Source: Escherichia phage FL23. Taken from it: a stretch of 64,000 nt of DNA. Below the pieces are notes generated by a model, which ran no database searches, was not told the DNA's origin, and saw nothing but the letters and a program-made list of their open reading frames with translations. The stretch lies in sequence record PP400787; one strand, written 5' to 3'. Made by a program: the position numbers and the translations under genes. Shown here in pieces: positions 1 through 7,944 of the stretch (positions are counted from its first letter, which is position 1; each line of letters begins with the position of its first letter).

Positions 1-149
1 CTGATACGAAGGAAGAAGCTAAAAAGAAAGCTCTAGAATATCTTGAAGAGTATGAAGAAGGTCCGGTAATGATTACTCAAGATGCTGAATTAGTTTCTGT
101 CAAATTAGTTAAAAACGTTGAAAGTAAGGAGCTGGGATCAACATGCTAA
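1..149 (+). CDS. hypothetical protein, 5'-truncated by window edge (cd.x-like position)
   Basis: Open frame from the window edge to TAA at 147-149; its stop overlaps the next ATG (ACATGCTAA), the usual T4-type translational coupling. Confidence 0.4.
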   Translation, partial: DTKEEAKKKALEYLEEYEEGPVMITQDAELVSVKLVKNVESKELGSTC

Positions 150-379
150 GTGAAAAACCAATTACTGTTAAAGAATTCCAAGAAAAAGTTAAGCTATTTG
201 CGCAGGAATTGGTAAATAAGGTTTCTGAACGATTTCCTGAAACATCGGTTCGTGTTATTACCGAAACTCCTCGTTCAGTATTAGTAATTGTGAATCCAGG
301 TGATGGCGATCAAATATCGCATCTTAAATTAGATTTTGATGGATTAGTTGAAGCACAAAGGGTGTATGGCGTACTATGA
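143..379 (+). CDS. hypothetical early protein
   Basis: ATG with AAGGAG upstream; stop overlaps next start; position matches the cd.x genes upstream of cd in T4. Confidence 0.6.
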   Translation: MLSEKPITVKEFQEKVKLFAQELVNKVSERFPETSVRVITETPRSVLVIVNPGDGDQISHLKLDFDGLVEAQRVYGVL

Positions 380-714
380 TGAATTTAACTGATATAATTG
401 ATAATTGTCTTGAAAATGATACTGGCGATCATAGAGCGCTTGATTCTGAAACAGCAAAGTTCATTAGAATAACTTTAATGAATGATACTCTGGTGAATAG
501 TATTCATCCTTCTGTGTATGATGCTATTATTGTGACGAAGTATCCAGTTGAGCTTCACAAAAAGATGACTGGCGCAGTTTTTATTGATAAGAAAAACCGC
601 TTTAAAGATGGGCTGAATATAATTACTTCTGTTGTTAAAAGTATAACTAAACTTCGTCACGAAATTTATCGTGTTGAAACTGCTAAATCTGCTTATCTGG
701 TGATTATGAAATGA
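376..714 (+). CDS. hypothetical early protein
   Basis: ATG start overlapping previous stop; stop overlaps cd start (ATGA). Confidence 0.6.
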   Translation: MMNLTDIIDNCLENDTGDHRALDSETAKFIRITLMNDTLVNSIHPSVYDAIIVTKYPVELHKKMTGAVFIDKKNRFKDGLNIITSVVKSITKLRHEIYRVETAKSAYLVIMK

Positions 715-1292
715 AAGCGAGTACAGTACTTCAAATTGCATATTTAGTATCACAGGAATCAAAATGTTGCTCCTGGAAGGTAGGAGCAGTAATTGAAAAG
801 AATGGACGTATTATTTCTACTGGGTATAATGGTTCACCCGCAGGGGGTGTGAACTGTTGTGATTATGCTGCTGAGCAAGGTTGGTTGCTAAATAAACCTA
901 AACATACTATCATTCAAGGTCATAAGCCTGAATGTGTATCATTTGGTTCAACTGATCGTTTTGTCTTGGCGAAAGAACACCGCAGCGCTCACTCGGAATG
1001 GTCATCTAAAAATGAAATTCATGCTGAACTAAATGCAATTTTGTTTGCTGCACGAAATGGTTCTTCTATTGAAGGTGCTACTATGTATGTAACACTTTCT
1101 CCTTGCCCAGATTGCGCAAAAGCGATAGCTCAATCTGGTATTAAAAAGCTGGTTTATTGTGAAACATACGACAAAAATAAACCTGGTTGGGATGATATTC
1201 TGCGAAATGCAGGTATTGAAGTGTTTAATGTTCCTAAGAAAAACTTGAATAAGTTAAATTGGGAAAATATCAACGAATTCTGCGGTGAATAA
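711..1292 (+). CDS. cd: dCMP deaminase
   Basis: 193 aa; cytidine/dCMP deaminase zinc motifs HAELNAI and PCPDC; length and position match T4 Cd. Confidence 0.92.
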   Translation: MKASTVLQIAYLVSQESKCCSWKVGAVIEKNGRIISTGYNGSPAGGVNCCDYAAEQGWLLNKPKHTIIQGHKPECVSFGSTDRFVLAKEHRSAHSEWSSKNEIHAELNAILFAARNGSSIEGATMYVTLSPCPDCAKAIAQSGIKKLVYCETYDKNKPGWDDILRNAGIEVFNVPKKNLNKLNWENINEFCGE

Positions 1293-1528
1293 TGAAATTT
1301 CGTTTGGTAAAGCTCACAGCAATTAGTTCTTATTCTAACGAGAACATCTCATTTGCTGTAGAGTATAAGAAATATTTTTTCTCTAAATGGAAACAGTATT
1401 ATAAAACTGACTGGACTAGTATTGATAGACCATATAGTTGGAAATCTGATTTAGAAAAATGTCAAAAATTACTTTCCACCCTTAAAGAACGTGGAACAAC
1501 TCATATTAAAACTGTAATAGGTAAATAA
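1292..1528 (+). CDS. hypothetical protein (31.2 position)
   Basis: ATG overlaps cd stop (TAATG); 78 aa; synteny. Confidence 0.6.
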   Translation: MKFRLVKLTAISSYSNENISFAVEYKKYFFSKWKQYYKTDWTSIDRPYSWKSDLEKCQKLLSTLKERGTTHIKTVIGK

Positions 1529-1837
1529 ATGAAACTAACAACTGAGCAGAAAGTAGCAATTCGTGAAATTTTGAAAACTAAATTGTCCATGGGTGTTTCA
1601 AACGTAGTTTTTGAAAAGTCTGATGGTACTATTCGTACTATGAAAGGTACTCGTGATGCAGACTTTATGCCAACCATGCAAACTGGTAAATTGACTGAAT
1701 CTACTCGGAAAGAATCTACGGATATGATTCCAGTATTTGATGTTGAACTTGGCGCTTGGCGAGGTTTTTCTATTGACAAATTGATTTCTGTTAATGGTAT
1801 GAAAGTTGAGCATTTGCTCCAATTTATTGGTAAATAA
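1529..1837 (+). CDS. hypothetical protein (31.1 position)
   Basis: ATG immediately after previous stop; 102 aa; synteny. Confidence 0.65.
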   Translation: MKLTTEQKVAIREILKTKLSMGVSNVVFEKSDGTIRTMKGTRDADFMPTMQTGKLTESTRKESTDMIPVFDVELGAWRGFSIDKLISVNGMKVEHLLQFIGK

Positions 1838-1838
1838 A

Positions 1839-1863
1839 TGCTTTAAGAATTATTTGTTAATAT
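1839..1863 (+). promoter_or_regulatory. MotA-dependent middle promoter upstream of gene 31
   Basis: MotA box TGCTTTA (1839-1845), 12-nt spacer, -10 TAATAT (1858-1863). Confidence 0.5.
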
Positions 1864-1894
1864 TAATTTATCTGTTAACAAAAAAGGAAAAACG

Positions 1895-2230
1895 ATGTCT
1901 GAAGTACAACAGCTACCAATTCGTGCTGTCGGTGAATATGTTATTTTAGTTTCTGAACCTGCACAAGCCGGTGATGAAGAAGTTACAGAATCAGGACTTA
2001 TTATTGGTAAACGTGTTCAAGGTGAAGTTCCTGAACTGTGTGTAGTTCACTCTGTTGGTCCTGATGTTCCTGAAGGTTTCTGCGAAGTTGGTGATTTGAC
2101 TTCTCTTCCAGTTGGTCAAATTCGAAATGTTCCGCATCCTTTTGTAGCTCTGGGTCTTAAGCAGCCAAAAGAAATTAAACAAAAATTCGTTACCTGTCAC
2201 TATAAAGCTATTCCGTGTCTTTATAAGTGA
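1895..2230 (+). CDS. 31: co-chaperonin for GroEL (GroES-like), needed for major capsid protein folding
   Basis: 111 aa; sequence matches T4 gp31 as I recall it; preceded by a MotA-type middle promoter and AAGGAAA SD. Confidence 0.9.
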
Positions 2231-2238
2231 TATAAATA
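2231..2238 (+). promoter_or_regulatory. candidate late promoter (TATAAATA) between 31 and rIII
   Basis: Exact TATAAATA immediately after gene 31 stop; lies about 140 nt upstream of the rIII ATG. Confidence 0.35.
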
Positions 2239-2377
2239 ATAATATGAATTGGGTGTCGGAATAATAAGTTAACCGAACAATTCTATGTGGTAGTCTACAA
2301 CTGAGAGATCTGTCGAAAGAAGATGAAATTCAGAAGAACGTGACTACCGAGTTTTAATCTCTAACGAGAATTTTTAA

Positions 2378-2626
2378 ATGATTAAACAATTACAACACGC
2401 TCTTGAACTGCAACGAAACGCATGGAATAATGGTCACGAAAACTATGGCGCATCTATTGATGTTGAAGCCGAAGCTCTTGAAATCCTGCGTTATTTCAAA
2501 CATCTGAATCCTGCTCAAACTGCATTAGCTGCTGAGCTTCAGGAAAAAGATGAACTTAAATATGCTAAGCCTCTGGCTTCTGCTGCACGAAAAGCAGTTC
2601 GTCACTTTGTGGTAACACTGAAGTAA
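2378..2626 (+). CDS. rIII: lysis inhibition accessory protein rIII
   Basis: 82 aa; N-terminus and length match T4 rIII from memory; synteny between 31 and the 30.x genes. Confidence 0.8.
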   Translation: MIKQLQHALELQRNAWNNGHENYGASIDVEAEALEILRYFKHLNPAQTALAAELQEKDELKYAKPLASAARKAVRHFVVTLK

Positions 2627-2914
2627 TTTACTGGAGATTCACTGCCTTAGTGTGAGCTAAAATCGAGGAGCCGTCGAACTGTCTGATTAATGATTTGCGA
2701 ATCATTATAGTTTTAAGACCCCGGCAGTTTTACGGTGTACCTCTTGAATGTTACTATCATGCGTCAGAAAAGTGTTATCTGTGTAAGTCTTGGTGGTATG
2801 ATGACGAGGTTTATGGTTATCCTGTCGGTAAATATTCAAAACCTATGTTCCCCTTGAGGGCTTGCGCAGGCAATGCCAATAAGTCCTGCATTTTCATTTA
2901 AAAGAGAATTTATA

Positions 2915-3091
2915 ATGGCAAAACAAGCTAAAGCAAAGAAAGCAGTTGAAAAGAAAGTTGGTGATTCTAAACGCGCTGGCTACAAGCGTGGGTCGAACTC
3001 TCGTATCAATCAAACTGTTGAGAAGATCATGCGCCGAGCACGTGCGGTTCTTCGAGATGATGCTTCTCGTTTTGGTAAGCAGAAAGCATAA
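2915..3091 (+). CDS. small basic protein (30.9 position); alternative start 2873
   Basis: ORF ends at TAA 3089-3091 followed by a strong terminator; in-frame ATGs at 2873 and 2915; Lys/Arg-rich product MAKQAKAKK... Confidence 0.55.
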   Translation: MAKQAKAKKAVEKKVGDSKRAGYKRGSNSRINQTVEKIMRRARAVLRDDASRFGKQKA

Positions 3092-3095
3092 GTTG

Positions 3096-3121
3096 AGGAC
3101 TCCTTCGGGAGTCCTTTTTTA
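3096..3121 (+). terminator. rho-independent terminator
   Basis: AGGACTCC-TTCG-GGAGTCCT hairpin followed by TTTTTTATTTT. Confidence 0.75.
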
Positions 3122-3144
3122 TTTTCCAAAGATTGCATAAAGTT

Positions 3145-3187
3145 GTTTACAGTACGGTTCCTTTGTGATAGTATTATCTTACACAAA
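3145..3187 (+). promoter_or_regulatory. early promoter with stem-loop (PeSL-like)
   Basis: -35 GTTTAC (3145-3150), 18-nt spacer, extended -10 TGaTAGTAT; the -10 sits in the loop of inverted repeat TTTGTG/CACAAA. Confidence 0.55.
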
Positions 3188-3201
3188 CAAAGGAGAATAA
3201 A

Positions 3202-3534
3202 ATGAAAACGATTAATCTGAACGCTGCAGTTAAAACTAAATGCTTCAATGGTAAATATAATGAAACTATGTGGTTCTTAATGGCAGTTGAAGGTGATATT
3301 ATTGAAGTAGAAACAACAGAAGGTATGGGAACAGATTTCACCTTTACAATTCAAGTTCATAATTTCTTTACTGGTTGGATTTATGAATTGAATAAAGTAA
3401 TCGTTGGAAAAATTGAACAAAATGAATTAGGTGAATGGTATTATGTTACAGCTCGCCAACGTGCCGAACGCTTAATTGAGAAGATGAAAAAAGTTGGTAA
3501 ACTTGACATGCAGCATTGGAAAGTAGTAAAATAA
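3202..3534 (+). CDS. hypothetical early protein (30.8 position)
   Basis: AGGAGA SD then ATG; preceded by an early promoter with stem-loop. Confidence 0.7.
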   Translation: MKTINLNAAVKTKCFNGKYNETMWFLMAVEGDIIEVETTEGMGTDFTFTIQVHNFFTGWIYELNKVIVGKIEQNELGEWYYVTARQRAERLIEKMKKVGKLDMQHWKVVK

Positions 3535-3536
3535 TT

Positions 3537-3575
3537 GTTTACTTTTGTACAGGACATGATATTATATACCTGTAC
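3537..3575 (+). promoter_or_regulatory. early promoter with stem-loop (PeSL-like)
   Basis: -35 GTTTAC (3537-3542), -10 TGaTATTAT inside inverted repeat GTACAGG/CCTGTAC. Confidence 0.55.
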
Positions 3576-3601
3576 CGCAATTAAACATCTTGGAGAATAA
3601 A

Positions 3602-3967
3602 ATGAACTACATTAACTTTGAACGTAAATATGTTTCTAATGGTATTGCAGGTTCTATTGATACCATCTGCCTTTGGAAACATCAAAATGGATCAGTATGC
3701 GAAATCGAACAGTATATGACTCCTAACTACGTTTATATGCGATTTGAAAACGGTATCACGGTTTCAATCACGATGGAAGGTTCCAACTTTAAAATCGCTC
3801 TGGATGATGATTTCCGTCAACGTGATTTAGGGACTCATCCTTGCTGGAATGGTGCTAATCGTAAACTCTTAGTTAAAACTTGGATTCGTCATATTCTGAG
3901 TAACAAAGCTAAACCTGAGCACTTGGAAGCAATCTTTGATGTAGTTCTTAACGAATTTGATATTTAA
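3602..3967 (+). CDS. hypothetical early protein (30.7 position)
   Basis: Track start 3590 is TTG; the in-frame ATG at 3602 has a GGAGA SD. Confidence 0.7.
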   Translation: MNYINFERKYVSNGIAGSIDTICLWKHQNGSVCEIEQYMTPNYVYMRFENGITVSITMEGSNFKIALDDDFRQRDLGTHPCWNGANRKLLVKTWIRHILSNKAKPEHLEAIFDVVLNEFDI

Positions 3968-3976
3968 AATAAATGA

Positions 3977-3998
3977 GGGGCTTCGGCCCCTATTGAGG
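3977..3998 (+). terminator. GC hairpin with UUCG loop (weak terminator or RNA stabiliser)
   Basis: GGGGC-TTCG-GCCCC followed by TATTGAGG (poor U-run). Confidence 0.35.
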
Positions 3999-4006
3999 AA
4001 AATATT

Positions 4007-4294
4007 ATGTTTATGACTACTTATTTTGATACCCGCAAAAATTTCTGTGAAGTTGTTTTCTCAAAGGCACCTAAAGACCTTCCTGCACATTTGCAACCTA
4101 CTAGCGAATCGATTAAAAACTACGTTGATGTGGTTTGTCCTTTAGAGTTCCGTACTGTAAATGGGCGTGATACTTTAGCTATCACTAAACTCAATCGCGA
4201 AATTGACATTGACCCTTCAATTGCGCGCGAAATTAATATCTCTGATATTGGCGGCGGTAATGTTAAATCGCACGGTTTTCAGATGAGGTTCTAA
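4007..4294 (+). CDS. hypothetical protein (30.6 position)
   Basis: GAGGA SD, ATG; stop overlaps next start. Confidence 0.65.
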   Translation: MFMTTYFDTRKNFCEVVFSKAPKDLPAHLQPTSESIKNYVDVVCPLEFRTVNGRDTLAITKLNREIDIDPSIAREINISDIGGGNVKSHGFQMRF

Positions 4295-4491
4295 TGAAAT
4301 TCTTTTTAGGTCAAACTGTTGAATTAAAGGGAGTTGGTATACCTGGATTAATTTCTAAGGTTCTACCTCCATTTAAATGGAGTGGTATTCAAATAAAAGA
4401 GGCTTATATTGTTTCCTGGGTAGATGGAAATGAAGACCTTCGTATGGGTGATGAATTATCTCCTATCTACGGATTAAAGGAATTAGTATGA
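4294..4491 (+). CDS. hypothetical protein (30.5 position)
   Basis: TAATG start/stop overlap; 65 aa. Confidence 0.6.
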   Translation: MKFFLGQTVELKGVGIPGLISKVLPPFKWSGIQIKEAYIVSWVDGNEDLRMGDELSPIYGLKELV

Positions 4492-4694
4492 ATATAATTA
4501 ATAAGATTTTTGGAATTCAGTACATTAAGGTCACATATAAAGTAACAGATAAAAATCCATATACTGATGAACGTGAAGAACCACGAGTTGAGTCTATTAT
4601 ATTAGAAAAGGACCCTAACTGGCCAGTTGAATTTCGTCTACCAAACTATGGTCATTGGGCTGATGTTGAAATTATAAGCATTGAAAATGTCTGA
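4488..4694 (+). CDS. hypothetical protein (30.4 position)
   Basis: AAGGA SD; ATG overlapping previous stop; 68 aa. Confidence 0.6.
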   Translation: MNIINKIFGIQYIKVTYKVTDKNPYTDEREEPRVESIILEKDPNWPVEFRLPNYGHWADVEIISIENV

Positions 4695-5145
4695 GTTAGA
4701 GATTAGAAGCAATTTTAGGTGGCCATCATGTGCATTAAGTAATTTCGCCCATTGGCCTTTCGTTATGGATGGTATTCAATTTGGAGGTCTTGAAGGATTC
4801 CTCCAAGGATGCAAGGTGAAAAATGTTGAACAACAACGTCGTATATTTGGGTTATCCGGGCTTGCCGCCCAACAAGCTGGAAGGTCTTATGCAAGAGCTC
4901 AGGACCGCGGAACCCTCTTCTGGCTTGGAGTTCCATTTTCAAGATACTCCCCAGCGTGGAAAGAATTATACACAAATGCATATTTTGAAGCAGCGATCCA
5001 AAACAGAGGCTTTCGCGATGCATTACAAGCCTCGAAAGGAAAAGTTTTGAAGCACAGCATGGCTAGTGGTCTAACAAAAGATGATACAATACTAACCGAA
5101 GCTGAATTTATTGATGTGTTAAACCTATTAAGAGACTCTCTATGA
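4687..5145 (+). CDS. NADAR (YbiA-like, DUF1768) domain protein (30.3 position)
   Basis: Motif block SNFAHWPF-x3-DG...EGFLQGCK aligns with the YbiA/NADAR signature (SNFAAWP..DG...EHYFQAQK); track start 4681 is TTG, ATG at 4687; locally GC-rich coding sequence. Confidence 0.75.
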   Translation: MSELEIRSNFRWPSCALSNFAHWPFVMDGIQFGGLEGFLQGCKVKNVEQQRRIFGLSGLAAQQAGRSYARAQDRGTLFWLGVPFSRYSPAWKELYTNAYFEAAIQNRGFRDALQASKGKVLKHSMASGLTKDDTILTEAEFIDVLNLLRDSL

Positions 5146-5978
5146 AGCCTACTATTTTAACTGATATTGATGGAGTATGTTTAAGCTGGCAATCAGGCCT
5201 TCCTTATTTTGCTCAGAAATATAATCTTCCGTTAGAACATATTTTAAAAATGATCCAAGATGAAAAATTTATTTCTCCAGGTAAACTCTTTAACTGCGAT
5301 GAAGAACTTGGTGTCAAGTTAATTGAAAAATACAATCGTTCAGATTTTATTCGTTACTTGTCTCCATATAAAGATGCTCTGTGTGTAATTAACAAATTAA
5401 AAGAAGATTATAATTTTGTTGCTGTTACAGCATTGGGTGATTCTATTGACGCTCTGCTGAATCGTCAATTTAATTTGAATGCTCTTTTTCCTGGTGCCTT
5501 CTCAGAAGTAATGATGTGTGGTCACGATTCTTCAAAAGAAGAGTTGTTCAAAAAGGCAAAAGAGAAATATAACGTAATTTGTTATATCGACGATCTCGCT
5601 CACCACTGTGATCATGCGAGTGAAATATTAAGTGTTCCTGTTTATTGGATGGCTCGAGGGGAGCGTGACAATATTCCAAAAACTGCTCAGCGAGTTTATA
5701 CATGGAATGATGTAGAGAATAAGCTTTTTTCGCCGAAGGAAAATAAAGAAAGTTTTGATCGTGAAAAAGCTATAAAAGATGCAATCGAGAAGATGATTAA
5801 AAACGATTCTTTTCCTTGGAACACTACCTGGAGAACTCCTGGATTTAATCCTTATAATCTATATCATCCATATCAGACGCATCCGTTTCAGACATGGAAC
5901 TATATTAAACCCGGTGGCATAGAGTATTTGTATAATAGACCTACTTGTGGTGATAATATTTTCCAAGGAGCATTTTAA
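5142..5978 (+). CDS. HAD-superfamily phosphatase-like protein, 5'(3')-deoxyribonucleotidase-like (30.2 position)
   Basis: N-terminal HAD motif I ILTDIDGV (DxDG), candidate motif II AVTALGD and motif IV YIDDLAHH; ATGA coupling with upstream gene. Confidence 0.75.
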   Translation: MKPTILTDIDGVCLSWQSGLPYFAQKYNLPLEHILKMIQDEKFISPGKLFNCDEELGVKLIEKYNRSDFIRYLSPYKDALCVINKLKEDYNFVAVTALGDSIDALLNRQFNLNALFPGAFSEVMMCGHDSSKEELFKKAKEKYNVICYIDDLAHHCDHASEILSVPVYWMARGERDNIPKTAQRVYTWNDVENKLFSPKENKESFDREKAIKDAIEKMIKNDSFPWNTTWRTPGFNPYNLYHPYQTHPFQTWNYIKPGGIEYLYNRPTCGDNIFQGAF

Positions 5979-6247
5979 TGTTTGTTGTTCACACTATTTA
6001 TGAAAATGAAGGTAATACTACACGTGATTACGGTCACGTAAATCAATTTTTTAGATGCAATCCAGAATTCCGAGCTCAAAAAGACGAACGAATTTTTAAA
6101 AAATGCGTAGAGCAAGGTTTCATTTATATCAAGCACTGGATGCAAGGAAATAAAGTTAGAACCACATATCATAAGTCTTTGACTGAGCTTAATGATGAAT
6201 TGATTTATAATAGAGCTGTAAACCAAACTCTGAAGGATGAACAATGA
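5978..6247 (+). CDS. hypothetical protein (30.1 position)
   Basis: AAGGAG SD, TAATG overlap; stop overlaps ligase start. Confidence 0.65.
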   Translation: MFVVHTIYENEGNTTRDYGHVNQFFRCNPEFRAQKDERIFKKCVEQGFIYIKHWMQGNKVRTTYHKSLTELNDELIYNRAVNQTLKDEQ

Positions 6248-7707
6248 TTCTTAAAATTCTGAACGAAATAGCATCTATTGGTTCAACTAAGCAGAAGCAA
6301 GCAATTCTTGAAAAGAATAAAGATAATGAATTGCTTAAACGAGTATATCGTCTGACTTATTCTCGTGGGCTGCAGTATTATATCAAGAAATGGCCTAAAC
6401 CTGGTATTGCTACCCAGAGTTTTGGAATGTTGACTCTTACCGATATGCTTGACTTCATTGAATTCACATTAGCTACTCGGAAATTGACTGGAAATGCAGC
6501 AATTGAGGAATTAACTGGATATATCACCGATGGTAAAAAAGATGATGTTGAAGTTTTGCGTCGAGTGATGATGCGAGACCTTGAATGTGGTGCTTCAGTA
6601 TCTATTGCAAACAAAGTTTGGCCAGGTTTAATTCCTGAACAACCTCAAATGCTTGCAAGTTCTTATGATGAAAAAGGCATTAATAGGAATATCAAATTTC
6701 CAGCTTTTGCCCAGTTAAAAGCTGATGGAGCTCGGTGCTTTGCCGAAGTCAGAGGTGATGAATTAGATGATGTTCGTCTTTTATCACGAGCCGGTAATGA
6801 ATATCTAGGATTAGATCTTCTTAAGGAAGAATTAATCAAAATGACCGCTGAAGCTCGCCAGATTCATCCAGAAGGTGTGTTAATTGATGGCGAATTGGTA
6901 TACCATGAGCAAGTTAAAAAGGAGCCAGAAGGCCTAGATTTTCTTTTTGATGCTCATCCTGAAAACAGTAAAGTTAAAGACTTCACAGAAGTAGCTGAAT
7001 CACGTACTGCTTCTAATGGAATCGCTAATAAATCTTTAAAGGGAACCATTTCCGAAAAAGAAGCACAATGCATGAAGTTTCAGGTCTGGGATTATGTACC
7101 GTTGGTAGAAATATACGGTCTTCCTGCATTTCGTTTGAAATATGATGTACGTTTTTCTAAACTAGAACAAATGACATCTGGATATGATAAAGTAATTTTA
7201 ATTGAAAACCAGGTAGTAAATAACCTAGATGAAGCTAAGGTAATTTATAAAAAGTATATTGACCAAGGTCTTGAAGGTATTATTCTCAAAAATATCGATG
7301 GATTATGGGAAAATGCTCGTTCAAAAAATCTCTATAAATTTAAAGAAGTAATTGATGTTGATTTAAAAATTGTAGGAATTTATCCTCACCGTAAAGACCC
7401 TACTAAAGCAGGTGGATTTATTCTTGAGTCAGAGTGTGGAAAAATTAAAGTAAATGCTGGTTCAGGCTTAAAAGATAAAGCCGGTGTAAAATCACATGAA
7501 CTTGACCGTACTCGCATTATGGAAAACCAAAATTATTATATTGGAAAAATTCTAGAGTGCGAATGCAACGGTTGGTTAAAATCTGATGGCCGCACTGATT
7601 ACGTTAAATTATTTCTTCCGATTGCGATTCGTTTACGTGAAGATAAAACTAAAGCTAATACATTCGAAGATGTATTTGGTGATTTTCATGAGGTAACTGG
7701 TTTATGA
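6244..7707 (+). CDS. 30: ATP-dependent DNA ligase
   Basis: 487 aa; adenylation motif KADGAR (KxDG); N-terminus MILKILNEIASIGSTKQKQ matches T4 DNA ligase from memory. Confidence 0.95.
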   Translation: MILKILNEIASIGSTKQKQAILEKNKDNELLKRVYRLTYSRGLQYYIKKWPKPGIATQSFGMLTLTDMLDFIEFTLATRKLTGNAAIEELTGYITDGKKDDVEVLRRVMMRDLECGASVSIANKVWPGLIPEQPQMLASSYDEKGINRNIKFPAFAQLKADGARCFAEVRGDELDDVRLLSRAGNEYLGLDLLKEELIKMTAEARQIHPEGVLIDGELVYHEQVKKEPEGLDFLFDAHPENSKVKDFTEVAESRTASNGIANKSLKGTISEKEAQCMKFQVWDYVPLVEIYGLPAFRLKYDVRFSKLEQMTSGYDKVILIENQVVNNLDEAKVIYKKYIDQGLEGIILKNIDGLWENARSKNLYKFKEVIDVDLKIVGIYPHRKDPTKAGGFILESECGKIKVNAGSGLKDKAGVKSHELDRTRIMENQNYYIGKILECECNGWLKSDGRTDYVKLFLPIAIRLREDKTKANTFEDVFGDFHEVTGL

Positions 7708-7892
7708 AAGCTTACTTAGAAACAATTGTCGTGGCTCAAAAAGAAGGTGGAGATGTTTCTACTTCTGTATCACAAATCATGATTGAATTTATAGATGCAT
7801 ACGCTTATAATAAATTCACAGAAACATTTGATGCCTATGAAAAAGGTCCAAAGTTTGAAATATATCGTACTCTCTTACCACTAGATTATTAA
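7704..7892 (+). CDS. hypothetical small protein
   Basis: ATGA overlap with ligase stop; followed by UUCG hairpin terminator. Confidence 0.55.
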   Translation: MKAYLETIVVAQKEGGDVSTSVSQIMIEFIDAYAYNKFTETFDAYEKGPKFEIYRTLLPLDY

Positions 7893-7915
7893 AGGCCTTC
7901 GGGCCTTTAATTTTA
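7891..7915 (+). terminator. rho-independent terminator
   Basis: AAAGGCC-TTCG-GGCCTTT followed by AATTTTA. Confidence 0.6.
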
Positions 7916-7921
7916 TAAATA
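7914..7921 (+). promoter_or_regulatory. late promoter (TATAAATA) for alt
   Basis: Exact TATAAATA 24 nt upstream of alt ATG, with GAGAGGA SD in between. Confidence 0.6.
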
Positions 7922-7944
7922 GAATAAACACTAGAGAGGATATG

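Noticed and set aside
2695-2901. 68-aa Cys-rich ORF in the rIII-30.9 spacer
   Set aside because: Starts with TTG, has no Shine-Dalgarno and no in-frame ATG until near its end; kept only as a low-priority possibility in the findings.
4763-5050. Two overlapping ORFs (4763-5023 minus, 4823-5050 plus) inside the NADAR gene
   Set aside because: Products of the locally elevated GC content, which reduces stop-codon frequency in all frames; the NADAR frame is the only one with a motif match and an SD-linked ATG.
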